From Squalus acanthias (lineage: Eukaryota): a stretch of DNA of 64,000 nt. Under the pieces are notes generated by a model. The model searched no databases and was not told the DNA's origin. It was given only the letters and a program-made list of their open reading frames with translations. This document shows, one piece after another, positions 35,199 through 46,509 of the stretch. The DNA lies in contig CM059431.1 of NCBI GenBank assembly GCA_030390025.1, forward strand, positions 151,592,001-151,656,000. The letters are read 5' to 3'. Every line of letters starts with the position of its first letter. Within the stretch, counting starts at the first letter, position 1. The translations under genes and the position numbers were made by a program.

Positions 35199-38100
35199 GG
35201 GCCAAAAATTCATCCCGCTGCGCGAACTGCGTACTCTCGCGTATTCTCTCTCCAATTGCCGGTTTTCTGCATGCCCTGCGCATGCGCTGAAAACCGGCAC
35301 TTGGTCTTTTGAAAAGGGGGCGGTTCCTCGGTGCATCGCGTGCGCGCTACAGGCTGCGCTCACGCTGTGCACTTCGTGCTTTGGACGCGCAGGGAAGGAC
35401 GGAAGATTTTAGAAATGGAAAAAGGAGTAAGACCAACTTTTAACAAGGTAAGTAGTGAATTAAGTATTTTTTTGAATTTTTTTTAACAGGTATATCTTTT
35501 TTAGAGACTTTAAAGACAGGTAAGTTTATTTTTATAACTTTTTAAAAGATTTTAAATTTTTTCAAAAATTTAATTTTTTATTTAAAATGGTTAATTTATT
35601 TAACTATAATTATATTATTAATGTGATGGTTTTTTTTTAATTTAAATGAGGTTTAGCTGTTATTTTGGGGGGGTGTAAGATTCATAGCTTTCAGAGCACG
35701 TATGTGAAACTTATGAATGGAAGATAGTGGGCTGCCATTGGCTCTAACTGAGTCACATGATCCCACAGCTCGCACGAATTCACTACGCCGGTGGGATACA
35801 TAGAAACATAGATACATAGAAGATAGGAGCAGGAGTAGGCCATCCGGCCCTTCGAGCCTGCTCCGCCATTTAATGAGATCATGGCTGATCCTCCAATTCA
35901 GTATCCCGTCCCCGCCTTCTCTCCGTAACCCTTAACCCCTTTTGCCTGTTGAAATATATCTAATTCCCTCTTAAATATATTTAATGAGCTGGCGTACACT
36001 GCCCTCTGTGGCAATGAATTCCACAGGTTCACCACCCTCTGAGTGAAGAAATTCCCCCTCATTTCTGTCCTAAATGGTTTAGCCCTTATCCTTAAATTAT
36101 GTCCTCTAGTTCTGTTCTCACCCGCCAAGGGAAACATTCCTTCTGCATCTAGTCTGTCTAGACCTGTCAGAATTTTATACACTTCTATGAGGTCCCCTCT
36201 CAATCTTCTAAACTCCAGTGTGTACATCCCTAAACTACATAGTCTCTCCTCATAGGTCAATCCCGCCATTCCTGGTATCAGCCTGGTGACTCGCCGCTGC
36301 ACCCCCTCCATGGCAAGAACATCTTTCCTCAGATGAGCCGACCAAAACTGTACACAGTACTCGAGGTGTGGTCTCACCAGTGCCCTGTACAGCTGCAGCA
36401 AGGTATCCCTGTTCCTGTATTCCAACCCTTTTGCTATGAAGGCCAGCATACCGTTTGCCGACTTGAGCGCCTGTTGCACCTGCATGCTCGCCTTCAGTGA
36501 CTGGTGTACAAGAACACCCAGGTCTCTCTGTACTTCCCCCTCTCCCAATTTATTGCCATTTAAATAATAATTTTCCCTCCCATTCCTGCACCCAAGGTGG
36601 ATAACTTCGCACTTGTCCACATTATAGTGCATCTGCCATTTATCCGCCCAATCACCCAGTCTGTCCAAATCGCTCTGGAGCTTCCTGGTCTCCTCCTCTG
36701 AGCCCACCGCCCCCCCTCCTAGTTTAGTGTTGTCTGCAAATTTGGAAATGCTGCATCCGACTCCCTGATCCAGGTCATTAATGTAAATTGTGAACAGCTG
36801 GGGACCCAGGACAGATCCCTGTGGTACCCCACTTGTTACTGCCTGCCATTCAGAAAATGAGCCGTTTATTCCAAATCTCTGTTTTCTATCTGACAGCCAG
36901 TTCTCTATCCACGTCAATACTTTCCCCTTTATCCCATGAGCTTCAATTTTCCATGCTAATCTTTTATGTGGGACCTTATCGAAGGCCTTTTGGAAGTCCA
37001 GGTACACCACATATACTGGCTCTCCCCATCTATTTTACCAGTTACTCCCTCAAAAAATTCCAATAGATTAGTCAAGCACGATTTACCCTTTGTAAATCCA
37101 TGTTGACTCTGTCCTATCCTGTCCCCATTTGCTAAGTGCTCCGCTATTTCATCCTTAATGATGGACTCCAGCATTTTGCCCACAACTGATGTAAGGCTTA
37201 AAGGTCTGTAATTACCTGCTTTTTCCCTACTCCCCTTTTTGAATAGTGGGGTAACGTTAGCTACACTCCAATCCATGGGCACTGTTCCCGAGTCTAATGA
37301 ATTCTGAAAAATCATACTTAGTGCATCCGCTATCTCTAGGGCCACCTCCTTCAGTACCCTAGGATGCATGTTATCAGGCCCTGGGGATTTGTACGCCTTC
37401 AATCCCTTTAGCTTCCTTAACACCATATCCTTAGAGATATTGATTTGTGTCAGTTCCTCCTTTGCCAATGTCCCTATTTTTCCCGATATCCCAGGGAGGT
37501 TTTTTGTGTCTTCCTTCGTAAAGACTGACCCAAAGTATGCATTTAGTTGGTCTGCCATTTCCTTATTTCCCGTTATATATTCCCCCGTATCTGACTGCAA
37601 TGGGCCAACTTTGGTTTTCACCAGTCTTTTCCTCTTCATATACTTATAAAAGCTTTTGGAGTTAGTTTTTATATTTTCCGCCAGCTTGCTTTCGTAAGCT
37701 ATTTTGCCCCTCTTGATTAAGCCCTTTGTCCTCCTTTGCTCTATCTTAAACTGTTCCCAATCTTCCGCTCTGGCGCTTTTATTGGCTATTTTATACGCCC
37801 TATCTTTGGATTTTATGCTGTCTCTAATTTCCCCTGTTATCCACGGTTGAGTCACCTTTTTAGATTTCCTTTTATGCCAGATTGGTATAAACAATTTTTG
37901 CAATTTTGTCATTCTATCTTTAAATGCTTGCCATTGTTTATCTACCTCCAGTCCTCCCAGGAACGTTGTCCAATCAGAACTACTCAGTTCCCGTCTAATA
38001 GCATCATAATTCCCCTTGTTTAATTTCAGGACCTTAGTCTCTGAGTCAATTTCTTCGCTCTCCATTTCGAGTGAGAAATCGATCATGTTATGATCGCTCT

Positions 38101-39590
38101 GACCCAAGGGTCCCCGTACAACAAGATTACTAATTAGTCCCTTCTCATTGCACAGTACCCAGTCCAATATAGCCTGTTCCCGAGTTGGTTCCTCGACATA
38201 TTGATCCAGGTAACCATCCCTTAAACACTCAAGGAATTCCTCCTCCTCATTATTTTTACTGATTAGGCTAGTCCAATCTTGCTGTAAGTTAAAGTCACCT
38301 ATGATGACAGCTGTGCTCTTATTGCACGCTTCTCTAATTTCCCTCGTGATGCCCTCCCCGACCTCTATTTTACTATTTGGAGGCCTATATACCAGTCCTA
38401 TTAATGTTTTTCGCCCCTCGCTATTTCTTAGCTCCACCCATATAGATTCTGTATTAACTGAGTTAATATCCTTCCTTTCAATTGCATTTATCCCCTCGTT
38501 TACCAGCAATGCTACCCCTCCTCCCTTTCTTTTTTGTCGATCCTTCCTAAATACTGAATACCCCTGTATGTTAAGCTCCCAGCCCTGCTCACCCTGCAAC
38601 CATGTTTTCGTAATCCCAATTAGATTATAATTATTAACCTCTATTTCCACAGCTAATTCATCTACCTTGTTCCTGATGCTTCTCGCATTAAGGTATAAAA
38701 CCCTCAGGCTTTTTTTATGCTCACATTTTTTATGAATTAGTTTGGCCCTTTGTTTTTTGTTCCTCACCCTTTTACCATTTATTTCTGTCTGCCTTTCACT
38801 TTCCTCTATTTCACTACATAGGTTTCTAGCCCCCTGCCATACCAGTTTAAATGCTCCCGAACTGCTTTATCAAAAATTACCCCGAGAACATCAGTTCCAT
38901 CTTTGCACAGGTGTAGACCGTCCCTTTTGTATAGGTCACACCTACCACAAAACTGGTTCCAATGCCTCAAAAATGTAAAACCCTCCCTCTTACACCACTG
39001 CTCAAGCCACGTATTTAGCCTAACTATCCTGTTCTCTTTACTCTTACTAGCACGTGGCACTGGTAGTAATCCAGAGATTACTACCTTCGAGGTCCTACTT
39101 TTTAGCTTGGCTCCTAACTCCCTAAATTCTACTTTTAGGACCTCTTCCCTTTTTTTAGCTACGTCGTTGGTACCAACATGTATCACGACAACTGGCTGTT
39201 TCCCCTCCCCCTCCAGAATGTTCTGCACCCGCGCCGAGACATCCTTGACCCTTGCACCAGGGAGGCAACATACCATCCTGGAGTCTCTGTCGCGACCACA
39301 GAAACCCCTATCTATTCCCCTTACAATGGAATCCTCTATTACTATAGCCCTGCCACTCTTTTTCCCTCCCTTCTTTGCAACAGAGCCAGTCATGGTGCCA
39401 TGAGCCTGGCTGCTGGTGCCTTCCCCCGATGAGTCATCCCCCCCGACAACAGCACCTACGCAAGCACTGCCCAGCTGATGTCTGGAACATCAAGTTCGTG
39501 CGAGCTGGATCTGAAAAAGCCAACGCGGAGTGAGAGATCGCGCCTGCTCCTTACCCCCGCGGGAACAGAGCGAGATCAATTTCTTGGCCA
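35199..39590 (+). mobile_element. MITE-like non-autonomous DNA element, split by a CR1 at 35797-39445
   Basis: Imperfect TIRs (GGGCCAAAAATTCATC / GATCAATTTCTTGGCC); flanks rejoin to the empty site seen at ~45270-45300; related inverted copy at ~44038-44753. Confidence 0.6.
35797..39445 (-). mobile_element. Young CR1 (HER1-like) LINE, 5'-truncated in ORF1: esterase ORF1 part + nearly intact ORF2
   Basis: ORF 38806-39393 (IEDSIVR, HVGTND, DGLHL); ORF2 as 603-aa and 370-aa pieces separated by one frameshift near 37030; (CATAGAAA)n tail at ~35799-35825. Confidence 0.95.
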
Positions 39591-39759
39591 ATATGTGTTA
39601 AACGTTCGCCACGACACCTGACTTTTCGAATATAATTTATTTCCTAATATTTTCTGAAAATATTTTAAAACTTTGCAAGGAAACCTATTTTGATAGGGTA
39701 TTTTCTAATGACACCGCATTCAATTGTAAATTGCGTGTTGTCTTCAACAATAAAAGCAG

Positions 39760-39832
39760 CGCCCGAAAAGGGATTTGGACCCTTGACCCTCATATTAAAT
39801 GTGTGTTTTACTTTTATTGAACTTATTCAACA
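39760..39832 (-). pseudogene. Degenerate tRNA-Lys(UUU) copy
   Basis: CGCCCGAAAAGGGATTTGGACCCTTGACCCTCATATTAAA matches the reverse complement of the tRNA-Lys(TTT) 3' half; preceded by AAAAGCAG (terminator on the minus strand). Confidence 0.72.
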
Positions 39833-39869
39833 CTAAACTGGTTTACAACATGGTAAGCGTGCCTTTGTA

Positions 39870-41100
39870 TGACAACAACAACAGCTTGTATTTATATAGC
39901 GCTTTTCATCCGTTAAAATGTCCCCAGGTGCTTCACAGGAGCGTTGTAAAACAACATTTGAGAGCGAGCCACATACGGAGACATGAGGACAGCTGACAAA
40001 AAGCTTGGTCAAAGAGGTAGGTTTTCAGGAGCGTCTTAAAGGAGAAAAGAGAGGTGGAGAGGCGGAGAGGTTTAGGCAGGGAATTTCGGAATTTCGGGCC
40101 TTGGCAGCTGAAGGCACGGCCACCAATGGTGGAGCGATTAAAATCAGGGATGCTCAAGTGGCGATAATTAGAGGAACAAAGATATCTGGGAGGTTGTGGG
40201 GCTGGAGGAGATTACAGGGATAGGGAGGGGCAAGGCCTTGGAGGGATTTGAAAAGAAGGATGAGAATTTGAAAATCGAGGCTTTGCTTAAACGGAAGCCA
40301 ATGTAGGTCAGTGAGCGCAGAGGTGATGGGTGAAGGGATCTTGGTGCGAATTAAGCACGGACAGCAGAGTTTTGAATGACCTCAAGTCTAAGGAGGGTTC
40401 GACGATGGTGGCTGGCCAGGAATGCATTGGAATAGTCAAGACTAGAGGTAACCAAGGCACGGATGATGGGTTCAGCAGCGTATGAGCTGAGGCGGGGCAG
40501 AGTTGGGCGATGTTGCAGAGGTGGAAATAGGCTGTCTTACTGATGGCGCAGATATGTGGTTGGAAGCTGATCTCGCGTTCAAATATGACAACAAGTTCAG
40601 CCACATACATTTGCCAGGGAGAGTAATGGTTCCATGATTAGGGAACGGAGTTTTCGATGGGGAGCGAAAACAATGGGTTCGGTCTTCCCAATATATAGTT
40701 GGTGGAAATTTCTGCTCATTCAGTACTGGAGGCCGGTCAAACAGTCTGACAATTTAGATACAGAATCGAAAGAGGAGGTGGTGAGCCAGAGCTGGATGTC
40801 ATCAGCGTACATGTGGAACTGATGCTGCGTTTTCGGATCATGTCGCCGAGGGGATACATGTAGATGGGAAATAAGAGGGGGCGATAATTGGGGGACACGA
40901 GAGGCAACGTTGGATGAGCGGGAAGAGATGCCGTTGAAGGCGATTCTCTGTCTACGTTGAGATAGATAAGAATGGAACCAGGCGAGTACAATCCCACCCA
41001 GCTGAACGATGGTAGAGTGGCGTTGGAGGAGGATGATGTAGTCAACCCTTTCAAAGGCTGCAGACAGGCCGAGAAGGACGAGGAGGGATAGTTTACTTTC
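39870..41100 (-). mobile_element. L2 LINE 3' fragment
   Basis: (ACA)n..TATTTATATAGCGC tail; STIGGRAFS, FKTLLKTYLF, KTAYFHLCNIA. Confidence 0.85.
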
Positions 41101-41289
41101 GTCAGAGTTACATTTGTGACTTTGATAAGATTGTACCCTCGATCATTCCTTCAGTAGTTTTCAGCTACGGAAATTAAAGTCATCATGAAAGGCGTTAACA
41201 ACACTGTTATTATTCTGTTATACGGTACATCCTTTCGTTTGCTATTGATTACCTTCACAAAGTAAAGTTCAGTAACTTAGCGGCTTAGT

Positions 41290-41505
41290 TTCATAGTAAG
41301 GGTGCGTCCATTTAGGACTCAGATGGGGAGAAATTTCATCACTCAGTGAGTTGTGAATCTTTGGAATTCTCTAACCCAGAGGGCTGTGGATGCGCAGCCG
41401 TTGAGTATATTCAATGCTGAAATTGATAGATTTTTTACCCTTGGTGAATCAAGGGACATGAGGATCGGGCCGGAAAGTGGAGTTGAGGTCGGAGATCAGC
41501 CATTA
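41290..41505 (+). mobile_element. CR1/HER1-type 3' fragment; its tail resumes at ~43835-43895
   Basis: NLWNSLTQRAV..FNAEIDRF; HE1-like tail split by the LINE at 41505-43820. Confidence 0.78.
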
Positions 41506-43820
41506 TCTTTTTTTTCATTCGTTTATGGGATGTGGGTGTCGCTGCCAAGTCCAGCATTTCTTGCCAAACCTAATTGCCCTTGAGAAGGTGCTGAGGAGCC
41601 GCCTTCTTGAACCGCTGTAGTCCGTGTGGTGAAGGTACTCCCACAGTGCTGTTAGGAATGGAGTTCCAGGACTTTGACCCAGCGATGATGAAGGAGAGGC
41701 GATATCATTCCAAGTCAGGATGGTGTGTGACTTGGAAGGGAACTTGGAGGTGGTGGTGTTCCCATGCCCCTGTAGCCCTTGTCCTTGTAGGAGATAGAGG
41801 TCGTGGGTTTGGGAGGTGCTGCCAAAGAAGCCTTGGCGAGTTGCTGCATTTCATCTTGTAGATGGTACACACTGCAGCCACGGTATGCAGATGGTGGAGG
41901 GAGTGAATGTTTAGTGTGGTGGATGGGGTGCAAATCAAGTGGGCTGCTTTGTCCTGGATGGTGTAGAGCTTCTTGAGTGTTGTTGGAGCTGCACTCATCC
42001 AGGCAAGTGGACAGTATTCCATCACACTCCTCACTTGTGCCTTGTAGATGGTGGGAAGGCTTTGGGGAGTCAGGAGGTGAGACACTCGCCGCAGAATACC
42101 TCGCGTCTAACCTGCTCTTGTTGCCACGGTATTTATGTGGCTGGTCCAGTTATTTTTCTGTTCAATGGTGACCACCAGGATGTTGATGGTGGAGGATTGG
42201 ACGATGGTCAAAGGGTGTTGGTTAGACTCTCGCTTGGTGGAGATAGCCATTACCTGGTACTTCTGTGGCGTGAATGTTACCTGCCACTTATCAGCCCAAA
42301 CTTGAACGTCGCCCAGGTCTTGTTGCATGCGGGCATGGACTGCTTCATTATCTGAGGAGTTGTCAATGGCACTGAACACTGTGCAGTCATCAGCAAACAT
42401 CCCCATTTCTGAGCTTATGTTGGAGGGAAGGTCATTGATGAAGCAGCTGAAGCTGGCTTGGCCTAGGACACATCCCTGAGGAACTCCTGCAGCGAAGTCC
42501 TGGGGCTGTGATGATTGACCTTCAAACACCACAACCATCTTCCTTTGTGCTAGGTATGACTCCAGCCAGTGGAGAGTTTTCCCCCCGATTCCAATTGACT
42601 TCAGTTTTTCTGTGGCTCCTTGATGCCAGACTTGGTCAAATACTGCCTTGATGTCAAGGGCAGTCACTCTCACCTCACCTTTGCAATTCAGCTGCTTTGC
42701 CATGTTTGTACCAATGCTGTAATGAGGTCGGGAGCTGAGTGGTCTTGGCCGAACCCAAACTGAGCATCAGTGAGCAGGTTATTGGTGAGAAAGTGCAGCT
42801 TGAAAGCACTGTCGATGACACCTTCCATCACTTTGCTGATGATTTAGAGTAGACTCATTGGGCGGTAATTGGCCGGATTGGATTTGTCCTGCTTTTTTGT
42901 GGACAGGACATACCTGGGCAGTTTTCCAAATTGTCGGATAGATGCCAGTGTTGTAGCTGTACTGGAATAGTTTGGCTCGATGCGCGGCTAGTTCTGCAGC
43001 ACAAGTTTTCAGCACGACAGCCGGGATGCTGCCGGGGCCCATAGCCTTTGCTGTACCAGAGCGCTCAGCCGTTTACTGATATCACGTGGAGTGAATCGAA
43101 TTGGCTGAAGATTGTCTTTTGTGATGGTGGGGAATGAGGAGGAGGCCGAGATGAAGCATCCACTCGGCACTTCTGGCTGAAGATAGTGGAAACGATTCAG
43201 CCTTGTCTTTTGCACTCACGTGCTGGGCTCCACCATCATTGAGGATGGGGATATTCATGGTCTATCATCATTCAGAACTGGATGTGGCAGGAGAGTAGAG
43301 CTTTGATATGATTCGTTGATTGTGGGATCTCTTAGCCCTATCTATAGCATGCTGCTTTCGCATCTGTGACAGTTAGATTGGTGAGGATGAGGTCAAGTAG
43401 ATATTTCCCTCGTGTTGGTTTTCTCACCACCTGTCGCAGGCCCAGACTGGCAGCTATGTCCTTCAGGACCCGGCCAGCTCGGTCAGTAGGGGGGCTACCA
43501 AGCTACACTTGGTGAAGGACATTGAAGTCCCCCAACCAGAGTTCATTCTGTGGCTTTACTACTCTCAGTGCTTCTCGAAGTGTTGTTTAACTTGGAGGAG
43601 TGCTGATTTATCAGCTGTGGAAGGGCGGTAGGTGGTAATTAGCAGGAGGTTTCCTTGCCAATGCTTGTCCTGAATCCATGAGACTTCATGGTCTCCGGAG
43701 TCAATATTGAGGACTCCCAAGTCCACTCCTTCCCGACTGTATATCACTGTTTCGGCACCCCTGGTGGGTCTATCCTGCCGGTGGGGTAGGACATACCCAG
43801 GATGGTGCTGGAGGAATTTG
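41505..43820 (-). mobile_element. Second-family CR1-clade LINE (decayed ORF2)
   Basis: ALDIKAVFDQVWH, GVPQGCVLG, MFADDCT, YKAQVRSVMEY, TTYRP; homologous to 8615-11372. Confidence 0.87.
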
Positions 43821-44037
43821 AGACATTGGTTGAAATTTGAATGGCACAGCAGGTTCGAGTGGCCGTATGGCCTACTCCTGCTCCTATGTCTGAGGTTTTT
43901 ATGCTCTTTTCCCATTTTCACACAGGATTGCTTTGGAAGCTTTGCTTGCATTATTCTCCTGTGATGTTAAGTCTTGCTCACCCAGTTCCCAGTGCATGTA
44001 TTTGGAAGAACGTCCGAATAGGTCCTCACTTATATGT

Positions 44038-44753
44038 TGGCCTAGACATTCGCGTGGCCGGCTTGCCGCGGGGTAAAGGATCGCGCGCGCACTTACCCAC
44101 CGCGCCTGCCGTTGTGTTTTGTGCGCACAGGAACTTCGGGTCCCGGGCCTCTCCGAAGAGCCGGCGCGCAGTGCTTGCGTGTTCCAAGGGGGCAGTTAGT
44201 GCGATACGACCCCTGGGATCACGTGGGCAATGGAGAGCCAATGGCAGCAGACCGTCGGCCCCAAAAGAACAGCTAAACTTAAAATAAATTAAAAAAACGC
44301 ATCACATTTATAAAATAACTATAGTTAAATAAATTAACCACTCTAAACAAAAATTTACATTTTTGAAAAAAATTAAATACTTTTTAAAAGTTATAAAAAT
44401 AAACTTACCTTTCTAAAAAAGATAAAACTGTTGAAAAAAAATTAAAATTATACTTAATTAACCACTTACCTTGTTCAAAATTGGTCTTCCGCCTCTTTTT
44501 TATTAGCGTAGAATCTTCAATACTTACCCTGGCACAGAAACCTGAAAAAACTTCTTAGTGTGCTGCGTGCGCGCAGCCTCTAGCGCGCAGCCTCTAGCGC
44601 GCACGCCGTTCACCTAGGAACCGCCTACTTCACCATACCGGAATTTCCGGTTACCCGCGCATCCGCAGTGAATGCAGGGAACCGGCACTTCGGGAATGAA
44701 TACGGGTGAGTACACATTGTGTATTCACGTTGGAAGGGCCGAATTTTGGGGCC
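44038..44753 (-). mobile_element. MITE-like element related to 35199-39590
   Basis: TTTTAAAAGTTATAAAAATAAACTTACC is the reverse complement of sequence at ~35519-35546; ends GAATTTTGGGGCCC; GC-rich ends with an AT-rich core. Confidence 0.6.
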
Positions 44754-45060
44754 CATATGTTAACCCTCAGGACATTCTGATCATTCCTTCACTCTTGCCT
44801 TCAAGTTGCAGTTATCTCAGTATAACCAATGTTTACTTTTACTCAGGCAGCCCCATAAAACAGAAATATTTATGGATCGTGTAGTTGGTGCGGCATTCGG
44901 GAAGCGACTTTGTGAAGTGATCCCTGGAGGAGGCAGTGAGTGTGGTGTGTGAGAGGAATGCTCTGCACAGACGGGATTACTGCAGAAGTAAAGGCTAAAT
45001 GTGAATGATGTAATGTTCCATGTTAGCCAGGGTATGTCGCTGTTGCTATCAAACATGTGA

Positions 45061-45113
45061 GCCCGGATTGCTCAGTCGCACTGAGAGGGCAGGGTTCAAG
45101 TTTCTGCTCGGGC
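45061..45113 (+). pseudogene. tRNA-Lys(UUU)-derived copy with an internal deletion
   Basis: GCCCGGATTGCTCAGTCG...CAGGGTTCAAGTTTCTGCTCGGGCG; upstream and downstream flanks homologous to those of the 34912 copy. Confidence 0.78.
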
Positions 45114-45829
45114 GTTGGGTTTCAATCTGAATTCGCAATACCCTCTCGTGCAACCCCATGTCGGTGCTTTAAGGCCCATTGAGTGGTATTTTCGAGATGA
45201 TCAACTCTTACTTTCGTGCAGTCCCGTGAAGCACGAGTATATCAAGCTGATCTTTCCTGATGTCTCAACAAAACTTTTTAATAAGTGTTAAACGTTCTCC
45301 ACAAGATATGATTTTTCAAATATAATATATTTTTTATTATTTTCTTAATGTATTTCCAAAATTTGCAAACAAACCGACTTCTTTGATAGTTTAATTTATA
45401 ATGGCACTGCTTTGAAATGCAAATTGACGCTCGATTATTGGGTTTATTCAACATTAAACTGTTTTACAGCATTCTGATCATTCGTCTCCACCACCCAATT
45501 ATTCCTTTACTAATTTTAGCTGCAGAAATTAAAGTTGTCATGAAAGAAATTACAACATTGCTCTTATTCTGTGATACTGTATAATCTTTCACCATTAGTT
45601 AGCTTCAGAAATTAAAGTTCATTATGTCGCACATGGCATATGTTAATGTATTAAACTTCAAAAGCTATTCAAGAAAGGCCATCCTTAAACTGTTCCACGA
45701 ATAATAAATCCACAAATACTCTTCATAGGATCATAGTATCATAGAAACCTACAGCACAGAAGGAGGCCAATCAGCCCATCGTGCTTGTGTTGGTTCTTTG
45801 AAAGAGAAGTCGTGCTTAGTCCCATAAAA

Positions 45830-46500
45830 AAACATAATAGTTTAAGGAATAGGAGCAGGAGTAGGACATTCGGCCCCTCGAGCCTGCTCCACCATTCAAT
45901 AAGATCATGGCTGATCTTCTAACTCTTCTCCACTTTCCTGCACTATCCCCATATCGCGTGATTCACTTAATATTCAAAAATCTTTCGATCTCTTTCTTGA
46001 ATATACTCAAAGAACGAGCCTCCACAGGCCTCTGAGGTAGAGAATTCCAAACATTCACCACCCTCTGACTGAGAAATATCTCCTCATCTCAGTGCTAAAT
46101 GGCCGACCCCTTATTCTGTGACTGTGACCCCTGGTTCTAGACTCCCCAGCCAGGGGAAATTTCCTCCCTGAATGTACCCTGTCAAACGCTGTAAGAATGT
46201 TGTTTGTTTCAATGAGATCACCTCTCATTCTTCTAAACTCTAGAGAATATAGGCCTAGTCCACTCAATCTCTCCTCATATGACAAACCCCCATTCCAGGA
46301 ATCAGTCTGGTGAACTTTTGCAGCACTCCCTCTATGACAAGTATATCCTTCCTTAGGTTAGGTGTCCATAACTATTGTATTTACCAAGTTCTTGCCCACT
46401 CACTTAGCCTGTCTATATTCCCTTCAAGAATCGTTGCAACCTCCTCACAACTTACATTCCCACCCAGCTTTGTATCATCAGCAAATATGGATATATTATA
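45830..46500 (-). mobile_element. CR1/HER1-type 3' fragment; upstream part continues at ~50700-51045
   Basis: YEERLSGLGLYSLEFRRMRGDLIE; KGKSCLTSLLECFE at 50808-51071. Confidence 0.83.
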
Positions 46501-46509
46501 TTGCAGATA

